Source: an uncultured Verrucomicrobiae bacterium (GTDB lineage Bacteria; Verrucomicrobiota; Verrucomicrobiia; Limisphaerales; Palsa-1400). Taken from it: a stretch of DNA of 64,000 nt. Below the pieces are notes generated by a model, which was given only the letters and a program-made list of their open reading frames with translations, was not told the DNA's origin and did no database searches. Below, piece after piece: positions 29,872 to 39,334 of this stretch; within the stretch, counting starts at the first letter, position 1, and each line of letters starts with the position of its first letter. Where the stretch lies: NCBI GenBank assembly GCA_963702845.1, contig OY969763.1:5536001-5600000 (forward strand), read 5' to 3'. Position numbers and translations under genes: made by a program.

Positions 29872-29953
29872 AACAGAGCCGCGCGCGTGAGCAAGCGGTT
29901 AATTGGCCGACGCCCACAATTGCAAACCGCTTGCTCACGTGCGCGGCTCTGTT
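29872..29953. repeat. Long inverted repeat (REP doublet)
   Basis: AACAGAGCCGCGCGCGTGAGCAAGCGGTT ... AACCGCTTGCTCACGTGCGCGGCTCTGTT, 29-bp arms with one mismatch. Confidence 0.85.
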
Positions 29954-29980
29954 GACTGTGCGTTCAGAGTTGCCTAGTTT
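29952..29980 (+). promoter_or_regulatory. Putative promoter of a leaderless dsrE-like operon
   Basis: TTGACT-N17-TAGTTT, 5 nt before the ATG at 29986. Confidence 0.55.
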
Positions 29981-29985
29981 CCAAT

Positions 29986-30303
29986 ATGTCTCTACGCGGC
30001 AAAAAATTAGGCATCCTGATTTCCTGCACGCCGAGCGAGCCGAATTTTTCGCACGGCTTGCGCCTCGCTGAAGCCGCCCTCGCGCAAGAAGTCGATGTGT
30101 ATCTCTATTGCATCGACGAAGCGGTTCCGGGGATCAGTAACACGCAATTGCAAAAACTCAAACAGGGCGGCCTAAAGCTGTATGCCTGCGCCTATGGCGC
30201 GAACCGCCGCAATTTACCGCTGAACGATGATGCGGTTTTTGCCGGCCTGACGGTGGTGAATGATTTGATCGCGGCGACGGACAAATTTGTTTCGTTCAAC
30301 TGA
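29986..30303 (+). CDS. DsrE/TusD-like sulfur relay protein
   Basis: VYLYCIDEAV, KLYACAYGA (putative persulfide Cys), C-terminal DKFVSF. Confidence 0.85.
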   Translation: MSLRGKKLGILISCTPSEPNFSHGLRLAEAALAQEVDVYLYCIDEAVPGISNTQLQKLKQGGLKLYACAYGANRRNLPLNDDAVFAGLTVVNDLIAATDKFVSFN

Positions 30304-30304
30304 T

Positions 30305-30655
30305 ATGACACCGCGAGTTCTTTTCATCATCACGAGCGACCCTCGCACGAGTGGAAAGCCAGCCGAAGCGATTCGGATTGCCGCTGGCGTGAGCGCGTGG
30401 AAGAAGACCGAGGTTTCTGTCTATTTGCGCGATGCGGCTGTGCTGGCGCTCGGCGAAGACACATCGGACCTGGTCAACGAAGATAATTACACGCGTTATT
30501 TGCCGATGCTGGCCGAGCTGCAGCGTCCATTGTACGTGCAGAAAAATAACTCAGCCCTGTCGAACCTTGGCGAGAGCCCAATCAAAATTGAACCCATGAG
30601 CGACACAGACCTCGCCGCGCTTGCCGCCGAACACGAATACGTTCTCCGTTTCTGA
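30305..30655 (+). CDS. DsrF/TusC-like protein
   Basis: VLFIITSDP..AEAIRIAAG, C-terminal YVLRF. Confidence 0.75.
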   Translation: MTPRVLFIITSDPRTSGKPAEAIRIAAGVSAWKKTEVSVYLRDAAVLALGEDTSDLVNEDNYTRYLPMLAELQRPLYVQKNNSALSNLGESPIKIEPMSDTDLAALAAEHEYVLRF

Positions 30656-30656
30656 C

Positions 30657-30835
30657 ATGCGCCAGATCTGCATATTTTAACGAAAGCGGATGACGCCCTC
30701 GCGCGAAATGTGATCGAGGCGCAAAAGGCCAGCTCGCACAAAAAAATCGAGATCGTCGATCTGACGCAAGCGAAGCCGAACTACGACGAGCTCGTCAGGA
30801 AAATCTTCGACGCTGATTCGGTTGAGGTTTGGTGA
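30657..30835 (+). CDS. Small DsrH/TusB-like protein (frameshift near 30668; absent from the ORF track)
   Basis: MRQI(L)HILTKADDALARNVIEAQ...NYDELVRKIFDADSVEVW*; LH-start, YxELV and terminal W resemble TusB/DsrH. Confidence 0.65.
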
Positions 30836-30838
30836 TGG

Positions 30839-31738
30839 TTATTTCGAGCGCGGTGCCACCAATGGGTCTGGCTGTTTCGACCACTGCGTGAACAAACGTT
30901 TTACAATTTGATATTTGGCCGCGTTCTTAACTGGGTCCTGATGACAATAAACCTGGACGCCATCACCGGAGTTGTGCGCGCCAATTGTCGCTATTTCACA
31001 ATATTCCGGAGTCGATGCGCCGAGACGGCTGTGTGCGGTGAAATAAATGTCGACGATGATTGGGTAACTTTTTCCAAGTCGATCACGAATGGATTTAACC
31101 TCCTCTTCCACGTGCGTCGGGTCCTTCAAGTCGCCACCATGGGAGTCGTTGCGATACGGAAACAAAATGCCATCGAAGAGCGGGATGTATTGCTTGATGA
31201 AATTGGGCGTGAGCTGTTTGAAGTAGACGCACGGCACGAACGCGAAGTGCGGGTTGATGTTGTGTGCGCCGTCGAGAATGCCTTTCATCTTCTCCGGCGT
31301 AAAAAATTTCACGTTGTAAGGAAAATCATCGATGCTCCAGCCGACGAGAGTCGGTTCCTGCAGACTCAGTTTCGCAAACTCGATGGCCCAACGTTCGTAG
31401 TCCAAACGAAACGGCTCGGAATACGCTGCGGTCCGCGGCGGTGATTCCGATGGAGGCACGAGGCTTGCCCACACACGCAAATGTTTCTCGCGCGCCATTG
31501 GCAAAAAAATCTTCAAGTCATCCCAATCCGTCGCGGCGCGATGAATGGCGAAGCTGTAGCAATTCGCGTGAATGTCGAGCAGTTGATCGATCAAGGCTTT
31601 GCAATCGACGCGCCCGTTCGACAGGCGTGGTGGCGAGGAATAAGTGCCGAGAGAATGGCGAAGCGCGTCTTTACGGTCTGCAGCGCTCGCCGAAAAAGCC
31701 GCCGCTACAATTAGTGCGATGCAAAAGTATTTTTTCAT
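30839..31738 (-). CDS. Secreted hypothetical protein, possibly glycoside hydrolase-like
   Basis: Signal peptide ..SASA|AD, LVGWSIDDF, FDGILFPY. Confidence 0.7.
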   Translation of the reverse strand: MKKYFCIALIVAAAFSASAADRKDALRHSLGTYSSPPRLSNGRVDCKALIDQLLDIHANCYSFAIHRAATDWDDLKIFLPMAREKHLRVWASLVPPSESPPRTAAYSEPFRLDYERWAIEFAKLSLQEPTLVGWSIDDFPYNVKFFTPEKMKGILDGAHNINPHFAFVPCVYFKQLTPNFIKQYIPLFDGILFPYRNDSHGGDLKDPTHVEEEVKSIRDRLGKSYPIIVDIYFTAHSRLGASTPEYCEIATIGAHNSGDGVQVYCHQDPVKNAAKYQIVKRLFTQWSKQPDPLVAPRSK

Positions 31739-31788
31739 TTATCAGTCGTGAGCCGAGTCAACCAAGACGACTGATTACCACCACGAGG

Positions 31789-32478
31789 TTACCGGGGCAA
31801 CTGACTTTGGTAATCGATCATGCCGCCGTATTTCTTGTAGCTCTCGTAAGCGGTGTCGAAGGCCCTGCGCCAACCGTTCAGATTTGCTTGTGCTGCCTCG
31901 ATCTCTTCTTCGGCGACTTTGTACTGGGCGTCGACAGCGTTGCGCATTGGCTGACTCATTTGTTTGCCGTCGTAGGTTTGGTGCAATGCCGTGCGTTTGC
32001 GGGCGGCGGCGGCCACAGCGTTCTTCGATTTCCAAACGCTTTTCACACGATCCTGCACAGTCAGATCAGCTTGGTTCAATGCGGCGACGCGCTGGCTTTC
32101 GGCCGCTTGCGTCGCGGAACTCCCAGCGTCCGGCGGCTGGGGGGTGGCATCCTGTTTACGAACCAGCGATGCGGCTGCCAACCCAATGACAATCAGCGCA
32201 AACGGCAGCGCACACATCGCGACGATCCGCCAATGTTGAAAATTACTGAAGAATGAAATCAGTGAACCAAGGATTTTTGCCGGGTCGAATCGAAACGTTT
32301 CTTTGACCTTGGGCCGATCGCGCTCGAGGCGCAGTGCGTGTTTGGCAGTGCCGGGGGGAAGTGCCGGGAAGGTGACATTCCCTGAACACGATGGGCATAG
32401 CACGTGTTTGCCGCAATAATCTTTGGTGTATTCAATGTGCTGGCCGCACCTTGGACACGACAGCTTATAGAGTTCCAT
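31789..32478 (-). CDS. Zinc-ribbon plus TM plus coiled-coil protein
   Basis: CPRCGQHI..CPSC, one TM, SD GGAG. Confidence 0.75.
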   Translation of the reverse strand: MELYKLSCPRCGQHIEYTKDYCGKHVLCPSCSGNVTFPALPPGTAKHALRLERDRPKVKETFRFDPAKILGSLISFFSNFQHWRIVAMCALPFALIVIGLAAASLVRKQDATPQPPDAGSSATQAAESQRVAALNQADLTVQDRVKSVWKSKNAVAAAARKRTALHQTYDGKQMSQPMRNAVDAQYKVAEEEIEAAQANLNGWRRAFDTAYESYKKYGGMIDYQSQLPR

Positions 32479-32623
32479 ATGTCTCCCTGAATTCCGGCGG
32501 CAGTTTAGCGCGGCTGAAACGGAAGGATAGTAAATTTTGGGGGGAATGCCGTAGAATATCTAATGACCTCACGGCCCTGCGACACGCGCTTGTAAACACT
32601 TATGCGGGGCGTATGCTGCCAAT

Positions 32624-33256
32624 GTGAAGAAACAAACGATCTGCGCATTGGTGCTGATGCTGGTCTTCGCGCTCAGCCGTTGGCCCGGCGTGATGCCATC
32701 GAATTTTAGCGCGGCTTATGCATTGGCGTTCTGCGCCGGTCTCTATTTTCCGACGGTGCTGGCGTGGGTGTTGCCGCTGGCTACATTGCTGGTCACCGAC
32801 ATTCTTCTCAATGCGCTTTATTATTCGAAAATGCCCGGATTTTCCTGGGGCGATTTTCTGCCCGGCATCGCGCCTAATTATATCGGCTACGCAGCGTTTA
32901 TCGGACTGGGTGTGCTGCTTCGCTCCAAGCGTTCATTTTGGAAGTTGATCAGCGGAAGTTTTCTCGGCGCGATCGTTTTTTACATCGTAAGCAACACCGC
33001 CTCATGGCTCACGCTCGCCTATGCGAAGACGTTCATGGGTTGGATCCAGGCTTTGACGGTTGGTCTGCCGGGGTTTCCGCCAACGTGGGTGTTTCTATTG
33101 AAAACACTTTTTAGCGCAGGTTTGTTCACCGCGTTGTTCGTCGGGTCGATGAAAGCGGTCGAAGCGGTGCAGGAATCTAAACAGGAAAAGGAACAAGCAG
33201 CGCCAAATCCAGTTGAAGAGCCAGCCGAAGAAGCGGAAGAGCCCGCTGCCACCTGA
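32624..33256 (+). CDS. DUF6580-like putative transport protein (S-component-like)
   Basis: SRWPGVMPSNFSA, FYIVSN..W, QAL..GLP, several TM helices. Confidence 0.7.
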   Translation: MKKQTICALVLMLVFALSRWPGVMPSNFSAAYALAFCAGLYFPTVLAWVLPLATLLVTDILLNALYYSKMPGFSWGDFLPGIAPNYIGYAAFIGLGVLLRSKRSFWKLISGSFLGAIVFYIVSNTASWLTLAYAKTFMGWIQALTVGLPGFPPTWVFLLKTLFSAGLFTALFVGSMKAVEAVQESKQEKEQAAPNPVEEPAEEAEEPAAT

Positions 33257-33344
33257 TTTGTCGGCAATTCTGCTCCCTAACGCACAAGCAACTTGGCATC
33301 GTCATTCCTTTGCGGCACAGTAATCGTTCGAAGTCAGGACCAAC

Positions 33345-35186
33345 ATGGCCGGCATCCCCGAATCAACCATCGAACAAATTCGCGCGGCCAGCGATATCGT
33401 CGAGATCATCAACGGATACATCCCGCTCAAGCGCGCCGGCCAGAATTTCGTTGCGCTGTGCCCGTTTCATAAAGAAAAATCGCCCAGCTTCAACGTCACG
33501 CCGCATAAACAGATTTTCCATTGCTTCGGTTGCCACAAAGGCGGTGACGTTTTCAAATTCGTTCAGGAATACGAAAACATCGGGTTCATGGATGCCGTGC
33601 GGCGCTTGGCCGATCGCGCCAAAATTTCGCTCGAGGTCGACAAAGATCCCGCGTTCGCGCAAAGCCGTCATCTCAAGGATCAGCTTCTGCAATTGCACGA
33701 GCAAATCACGCAGCGTTGGCAAACGGCTCTGGCCACCGATGCCGGCGGCCAGATTGCACGTGATTACCTCGCGAAGCGTGGCGTCACGGAAGAAGCGGTG
33801 AAATTGTTCCGGATTGGCTACGCGCCCGAAGCGTGGGACGACACCGTCAATTGGTCGCGCGGAAAAAGTTACGACCCCAAGCTGGTTGAACAAGCCGGGC
33901 TGATTTTGCGCAAGGAAGGTTCGGACCATTATTACGATCGTTTTCGCGGACGTTTGATTTTCCCGATTTGCGACGAGCAAGGCCGCGTCGTTGCCTTTAG
34001 TGGTCGTGTGCTGACTGGCGATGAAAAAACTGCGAAGTACGTTAACTCACCCGAAACCGCGATTTTCACCAAGGGCAAAACATTTTACGGCCTTGATAAA
34101 AGCAAACGCCCATTGCTCGACGCCAAGTCCGCAATCGTTTGCGAAGGCCAATTGGATTTGATCGCCTGCTTCATGGCAGGCGTGCAGAATATCGTCGCGC
34201 CGCAAGGCACTGCGCTCACTGCCGATCATGCGCGAATTCTCAAGCGTTACGTCGATGAAGTCGTGCTTTGTTTCGACGCGGATAACGCCGGCCAAAATGC
34301 TGCCGTCCGCGCTCTCGACAGCCTGCTGGCGTCTGGGTTGGCCATTCGCGTCGCGACCATTCCTGCGCCGCACGACCCGGACAGTTTCATCAAGGAATTC
34401 GGCGCGGCTGCCTTTCAGCAACGGATCAAAACTGCACAGGGTTTTTTCGATTACTATTTGGACCGGCTCTGCAAAACAAACGACCTCACCACGGACCGCG
34501 GTCGCATTGCGGTGGTGCAGGCGATGTCGCAATCGGTCCACAAAACTGGCAGCACAATTCTGTTGGATACCTACGCCCAAAGCACAGCCATCAGGCTGGG
34601 CGTGAACACAGATTCCGTTCGCGCGGAATTCAAAAAAGGCGGCCGGTTGATTGCTCAGCCCGCCGAGCGAGAAGAGGAGGCGAAGCAACCTGCCCCACCG
34701 CTGGCTCCGCCGCATCCAGTGGAGTGGTGGTTGTTACGGCTCCTGCTTGAAACGGACGACTTCACCGATTGGATAGCCCAGCACCTCGATTCGAACTGGG
34801 TTTCGCATCGCACTGTCCGCGAAATTATCGAAGCACGGCTGCAAGCACACGCGAACGGTTCATGGCCCGGAGTGGCGGCGTGGTTGACGACGCTGAATAA
34901 CCCCACGTGGCAAGTTCTCGTGACGAAAGTGCTGGCGGACCCAAAGCCAATCGGTAACGCGGAAGAAATGCTCAAGGGTAACCCAGACGTGAAGATGCAC
35001 GGAGTTGACTCGCGAGGCAGCGTTCAGACGTTGCGCGACAAATATATCGACGAACAACTCGCCGCGCTCAGGCAACGCTCATACCGCAGTGGCATGTCTG
35101 ACGAAGAACACCTTGCGGCAATCACCCGTGCAAATCAGTTGCGGGCGCTCAAATCCCAACCGCTTTCGCCGCTCCCCAATTCCTAG
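33345..35186 (+). CDS. dnaG: DNA primase
   Basis: CPFHKEKSPSF..CFGC, DRFRGRLIFPI, KYVNSPET, EGQLD, FDADNAG, DPD. Confidence 0.97.
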   Translation: MAGIPESTIEQIRAASDIVEIINGYIPLKRAGQNFVALCPFHKEKSPSFNVTPHKQIFHCFGCHKGGDVFKFVQEYENIGFMDAVRRLADRAKISLEVDKDPAFAQSRHLKDQLLQLHEQITQRWQTALATDAGGQIARDYLAKRGVTEEAVKLFRIGYAPEAWDDTVNWSRGKSYDPKLVEQAGLILRKEGSDHYYDRFRGRLIFPICDEQGRVVAFSGRVLTGDEKTAKYVNSPETAIFTKGKTFYGLDKSKRPLLDAKSAIVCEGQLDLIACFMAGVQNIVAPQGTALTADHARILKRYVDEVVLCFDADNAGQNAAVRALDSLLASGLAIRVATIPAPHDPDSFIKEFGAAAFQQRIKTAQGFFDYYLDRLCKTNDLTTDRGRIAVVQAMSQSVHKTGSTILLDTYAQSTAIRLGVNTDSVRAEFKKGGRLIAQPAEREEEAKQPAPPLAPPHPVEWWLLRLLLETDDFTDWIAQHLDSNWVSHRTVREIIEARLQAHANGSWPGVAAWLTTLNNPTWQVLVTKVLADPKPIGNAEEMLKGNPDVKMHGVDSRGSVQTLRDKYIDEQLAALRQRSYRSGMSDEEHLAAITRANQLRALKSQPLSPLPNS

Positions 35187-36085
35187 ATCAACTTCGCAAT
35201 CGCGGCGTCGATTTCTACCTCAGACGCGCCAATAGTTCCGCGTTCCAGCCGCCAATCTTCCGGATGTTCAATCGTTGCACCGGGTTCGATTTTCGTCAGC
35301 GGCCCGACCGTCTCGACTTCGATCATGTCACCGCGCGTGTAGCTTTCAGTGTTGCAGCCGTAGTCGGGATATGTGGCTTTCAAATCGAAGAGGAACCGCT
35401 TAAAGAAAATCATGCCATTGCTCGCGTAAGCGGCCCATCCCACGGTGTTGCCACAGCCAAATTTCTGCGGCTTCGAATCCGCCGGATCAGATCGGAGCTG
35501 CACATATTTCGTCCCCCACGTCCAACGTTTGTCGGCCATATCCGTATAACCCCACATCACCATCGGACGCACCGGCAGGAGCTGATTGACGTACGGTTCC
35601 TGCGGAAAAATTGCCGTGCCAGGCCCGCGCATAACCGTCAATGCCCATGCGGCGAGGTCGACCGCCCACAGGTTTTTGTTGGTCAGATGGTGCATGATCT
35701 TGACCCGGTTCGATGCCGGATCGAGCGTGACATCGATCTGTTTCTGAATTCCAGTCGATTGTTCCACCGGTTGGATAAGTTTCAACGTCTTGCCGTCCCA
35801 CTCGTGCTGAATGGGCGTATTATCCGGCGAATAGCTGCGCGGCTTAATTTCCGGTGCGTGCCAGAGACGATGGCCGCCAAAACTGCGCCAGGCGTCCCCA
35901 CCGGTCTTGCCCATGTGATCGGGAAATTCTTTAAATAGGTTGTCGCCACCGACAAAGCCAAAGCGGATGATGCGCGGGCCGACATCGGTGGTCGCAATCA
36001 ACTCGATTTGTCCGTTGGAAAGTTTAATGCAATTAGACCAGCCGCCGTAGGCAACCTTTTCCATTGTAACTGCGCGTGAACTCAT
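35183..36085 (-). CDS. Conserved hypothetical protein (DUF4380-like, mutarotase-like beta fold)
   Basis: DVGPRII, GGHRLWHAPE, YPDYGCNTE, EVETVGP. Confidence 0.7.
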   Translation of the reverse strand: MSSRAVTMEKVAYGGWSNCIKLSNGQIELIATTDVGPRIIRFGFVGGDNLFKEFPDHMGKTGGDAWRSFGGHRLWHAPEIKPRSYSPDNTPIQHEWDGKTLKLIQPVEQSTGIQKQIDVTLDPASNRVKIMHHLTNKNLWAVDLAAWALTVMRGPGTAIFPQEPYVNQLLPVRPMVMWGYTDMADKRWTWGTKYVQLRSDPADSKPQKFGCGNTVGWAAYASNGMIFFKRFLFDLKATYPDYGCNTESYTRGDMIEVETVGPLTKIEPGATIEHPEDWRLERGTIGASEVEIDAAIAKLI

Positions 36086-36332
36086 GGCGGGAACTTACGA
36101 TGTCGGCCAAATCATCGCCAGCACGAATTGTTCACCGGCCCAATTTTTTAATCACGAATGAGAAACTGTATATCACATCGTAAAGAGTCTTTATTACCAT
36201 TTGCATCAATGACATAACTTATTCAATTGATTTTATTTCGTAATAAATATTTTATCTTACAAATTAGATTTATATAAATTCATCACATAGATTTAAATTG
36301 ACTGCAAACGGTGCGCCGATAGGCTCACTTAA

Positions 36333-37034
36333 ATGACCGGCCGACAACGTTCTAAACTGGCAATGTTTGTGGCAGTTGAAGGTCTATGTTTCCAATTCCG
36401 CCATGTTTGGGGACAGTTACCGGCCTTCCGCACAGCTTTCGAACGGTATCAAATCGAACTCGCCACGCTTAGCAAACTGGCAAACGTGCAACGGCGCGAT
36501 ACAGGCGGTGTAGCTCAAGAGAAAGTGAGCACGCGCCTCCATCTTTGTGAACTGGCCTTCGAGATAGCCGCTGCCATTCGCGCCAGCGCACTGGCTGCCG
36601 GAGATACTAAAGCTGCAAATAAGTTAGCGTTTTCACTGACAGAATTGCGCACCGGCAAAGACGCCGTTTGCCTTGAGCGTTGCCGGCAAGTCCTTGCTAC
36701 GGCTCGCAGCCAACAAGCTGAACTCGAACCATTCGGTGTCGATCAGCGAAAAATTGACGAGCTTACGACCGCTCTCGAACGTTTCACGGCGACAGTTGCT
36801 GACACGCTCACCCTTCGATCTGCCAATAAGAAAATCACTAGTCAATTGCCCGCGTTGTTTAGAACCGTGGAGGAAATCGTTTACAATCAGTTAGACAACC
36901 TCATGCCCCAGTTTCGCACCAACGCTGCACGGTTCTACAACCAGTATGAGGAAGCGCGGGTGATGGGCGCGACCACCGGACCTTCGCCAGGTCCCATTGA
37001 AACCGAAACAGAGGAACCGCCGATGCTGGATTAA
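36333..37034 (+). CDS. All-helical hypothetical protein
   Basis: Intact 233-aa ORF ending LDNLM..F....FYNQYEEAR; TTGACT-N16-TAGGCT promoter directly upstream. Confidence 0.75.
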   Translation: MTGRQRSKLAMFVAVEGLCFQFRHVWGQLPAFRTAFERYQIELATLSKLANVQRRDTGGVAQEKVSTRLHLCELAFEIAAAIRASALAAGDTKAANKLAFSLTELRTGKDAVCLERCRQVLATARSQQAELEPFGVDQRKIDELTTALERFTATVADTLTLRSANKKITSQLPALFRTVEEIVYNQLDNLMPQFRTNAARFYNQYEEARVMGATTGPSPGPIETETEEPPMLD

Positions 37035-37137
37035 AAAGTTACGATTTTTTGTCCCATTTTGGATTTAGTGGCCATGAATAATTGACAGACAACGATCCAA
37101 CGTGACAACGTCTATAGAGGAGAGCGAGGAACAGGCT

Positions 37138-37872
37138 ATGCAGAATACCCAACAAACTGCGGGCATAACGCGTCGGCTACTGGCCGCGTTTACATTGATT
37201 GAATTGCTGGTGGTCATTGCGATCATCGGGATTCTTGCGTCCTTGATTTTAACGTCATTGGCGCGCGCCAAGGAAAAGGCCCATCGCGCCCAATGCATGA
37301 GCAATCTCAAACAGGTTGGCGTCGCCATCGAAGTCTATGCGCAGGACCACGCCAATCGTCTGCCTGGTCCGACGTGGCAGGGAATCTACGAAAATTACGA
37401 CAACCTGGTCACCAATCGCATGATTTTCTATCTCGCGACGTTCTTGGGTTTGCCTGCTCCTCGTGTCGATGTGCAAACCGCTAAAATACTGCGCTGTACG
37501 TCCGCCGCTGTTCATTGGCGCAACGCAGATCCCATGACACCGGCAATGGCACTCCAGCGACCACTCAGCTACATCGCGAGTGCCGAAATCACGAACATCA
37601 ACTCCGGTGTGGTCACCCGTCCGTTCGGATATCCCTATAAAGATTTGCCCACCGGTTTCACGAATATCAGCGAAGACCAATTGCCACGCAAAACCAGTGA
37701 AATCTACAATCCAAGCCGTTCCTGGGCTCTGATTGATGCCGACCAGCAGAATTCGGTCAATCTCGCGGGTTATTATCCTTTCCAGCCCAGCAAACCGACG
37801 CATGGCAGCGTCCGCAACCAACTGTTTTTTGATTGGCACGTCGAGTCGGTGAAAACTCCCGACCAAAATTAG
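37138..37872 (+). CDS. Prepilin-type N-terminal cleavage/methylation protein, H-X9-DG family
   Basis: [39 protein letters not shown]. Confidence 0.9.
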   Translation: MQNTQQTAGITRRLLAAFTLIELLVVIAIIGILASLILTSLARAKEKAHRAQCMSNLKQVGVAIEVYAQDHANRLPGPTWQGIYENYDNLVTNRMIFYLATFLGLPAPRVDVQTAKILRCTSAAVHWRNADPMTPAMALQRPLSYIASAEITNINSGVVTRPFGYPYKDLPTGFTNISEDQLPRKTSEIYNPSRSWALIDADQQNSVNLAGYYPFQPSKPTHGSVRNQLFFDWHVESVKTPDQN

Positions 37873-37937
37873 ATTGCAGCCGCACCAACGCACTTTCACT
37901 TTCCCATCGTCGCCAAGTTCCTGTACCTTCTACGTCG

Positions 37938-38678
37938 ATGAACGGACAAACCGTCGTCTCGACCACCACATCGGGATGGAACAAAGGAGATGAGGTCACG
38001 CCCAAAGCGCAAGTGCTGCGCTCGTTGGGGAAGCTCGTGCGCGGCCTGTCCGCGTTGTTCTGGAGCTTGCCGTTCATGCTCATCATTTATGTGCAGACCG
38101 CTCGAACAGAGTGGCTGCAAGGCTTTCGCGCGTGGGCGATGTTGCCCGCCATCGCGGTCAGCGCACTGCTTTGGTGGTCACTCATGCAATTGCGCCAATT
38201 CCAACCGCAGGAACGGATTTGGCGCCAGGCGGTCGATCGGGCGGAAGTGTTCTCAATTATCAATCTCGGCCTCTCACCTTTTCTTTATTGGTTCCACGAG
38301 ATGCCATTGGTCCCACTCTATATCGCGTGCGTGTCCGTCCTTTGTCTGTCCAGCCTGCTCCTGATTATGCAACTCAATCGCGTGCTCCAACGTTTGGCGG
38401 CGATGTTGCCCGACGAAACGCTGCGCGCTGAAACCAAGCTCTTCGCCGGCTTCAATACCTTGCTCTTACTCGCGCTGCTCGGGGCGGTGGCGATCTATTT
38501 CGGACTGCAACAACTGTATTCGTTGCCGGGATGGGTCGATAGAGCCTTGGATTTTCTAGCGGAGCAAGGCCCATTAATTATTCTGTTTGTGATTCTAATC
38601 CCACTGGCAATGACGATGGCTTTGATCTGGAAAACAAAGGAACTGATATTCGCCAGCGTATTCAATGCAGAGCGTTGA
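37938..38678 (+). CDS. Hypothetical integral membrane protein (about 6 TM)
   Basis: Hydrophobic helices; start uncertain. Confidence 0.75.
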   Translation: MNGQTVVSTTTSGWNKGDEVTPKAQVLRSLGKLVRGLSALFWSLPFMLIIYVQTARTEWLQGFRAWAMLPAIAVSALLWWSLMQLRQFQPQERIWRQAVDRAEVFSIINLGLSPFLYWFHEMPLVPLYIACVSVLCLSSLLLIMQLNRVLQRLAAMLPDETLRAETKLFAGFNTLLLLALLGAVAIYFGLQQLYSLPGWVDRALDFLAEQGPLIILFVILIPLAMTMALIWKTKELIFASVFNAER

Positions 38679-38739
38679 TCTCGTGGAACGCCAGAATGCG
38701 CTTTATATTTGGTCCGCTTAAGATAAGTTGCTGACAAAG

Positions 38740-39117
38740 ATGGATTCAAAAAAACTGGCGCTCCTTTGCCGTGAACTGGCTGATAACAAAAAAGCCGAAA
38801 ATATCGTCGTCCTCGACGTTCGCAAAATTTCCAGCATTACCGATTATTTCGTTCTCGCGTCCGGCACGAGCGAACCGCATTTACGCGCCATCAGTAACGA
38901 ACTCACTGACAAACTCCGCGACGAGCATCATTTGCGTCCACGTGCGATCGATGGCGACAATCAGGCAAGCTGGCAGGTGTTGGATTTCTTTGATGTCATC
39001 GTCCACGTCATGCGCGCGGACGTTCGGGAGAAGTATGATTTAGAAAGCCTCTGGGGAGATGCGCCTCGTGTTCGCGTGGCGAAGCCGCGAAAGAAGACAG
39101 GTGCCGAAGCTGCGTAG
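38740..39117 (+). CDS. rsfS: Ribosome silencing factor
   Basis: KKAENIVVLDV, DYFVLASG, WQVLD..DVIVHV, YDLESLW. Confidence 0.95.
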   Translation: MDSKKLALLCRELADNKKAENIVVLDVRKISSITDYFVLASGTSEPHLRAISNELTDKLRDEHHLRPRAIDGDNQASWQVLDFFDVIVHVMRADVREKYDLESLWGDAPRVRVAKPRKKTGAEAA

Positions 39118-39292
39118 TTTGATCGAACCTCTAGAACCCACAGTCATAAGTAGTTGATTTAGAGCTAAAACTGTACCTCTAGATCTGCGAATCAGTACAA
39201 CACAAACCGTTGGGGAAAATGGGATGATATAGAACCGCACCCTCCTTATTGGGTTCAACGGGGACTCACACCGCCGAATCAACAACCCTCAC

Positions 39293-39328
39293 ACAAAACA
39301 AGCGTTGGCCCGGCGCAGGCCGGGCCAA
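39293..39328 (-). terminator. Intrinsic terminator of the PurA-like gene
   Basis: TTGGCCCGGC-GCAG-GCCGGGCCAA, followed by a U-rich tail on the minus strand. Confidence 0.75.
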
Positions 39329-39334
39329 ACAAGC

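Noticed and set aside
32479..32623. Cobalamin riboswitch before the DUF6580-like gene
   Set aside because: No B12-box visible, and the gene appears leaderless
39156..39175. GTTGATTTAGAGCTAAAAC resembles the start of a type II CRISPR repeat (GTTTTAGAGCTA)
   Set aside because: Single partial match, no repeat-spacer array and no cas genes
39181..39300. 6S RNA-like appearance (TTGAACCC on the minus strand)
   Set aside because: I could not fold it into the long rod with a central bubble; only a short motif matches
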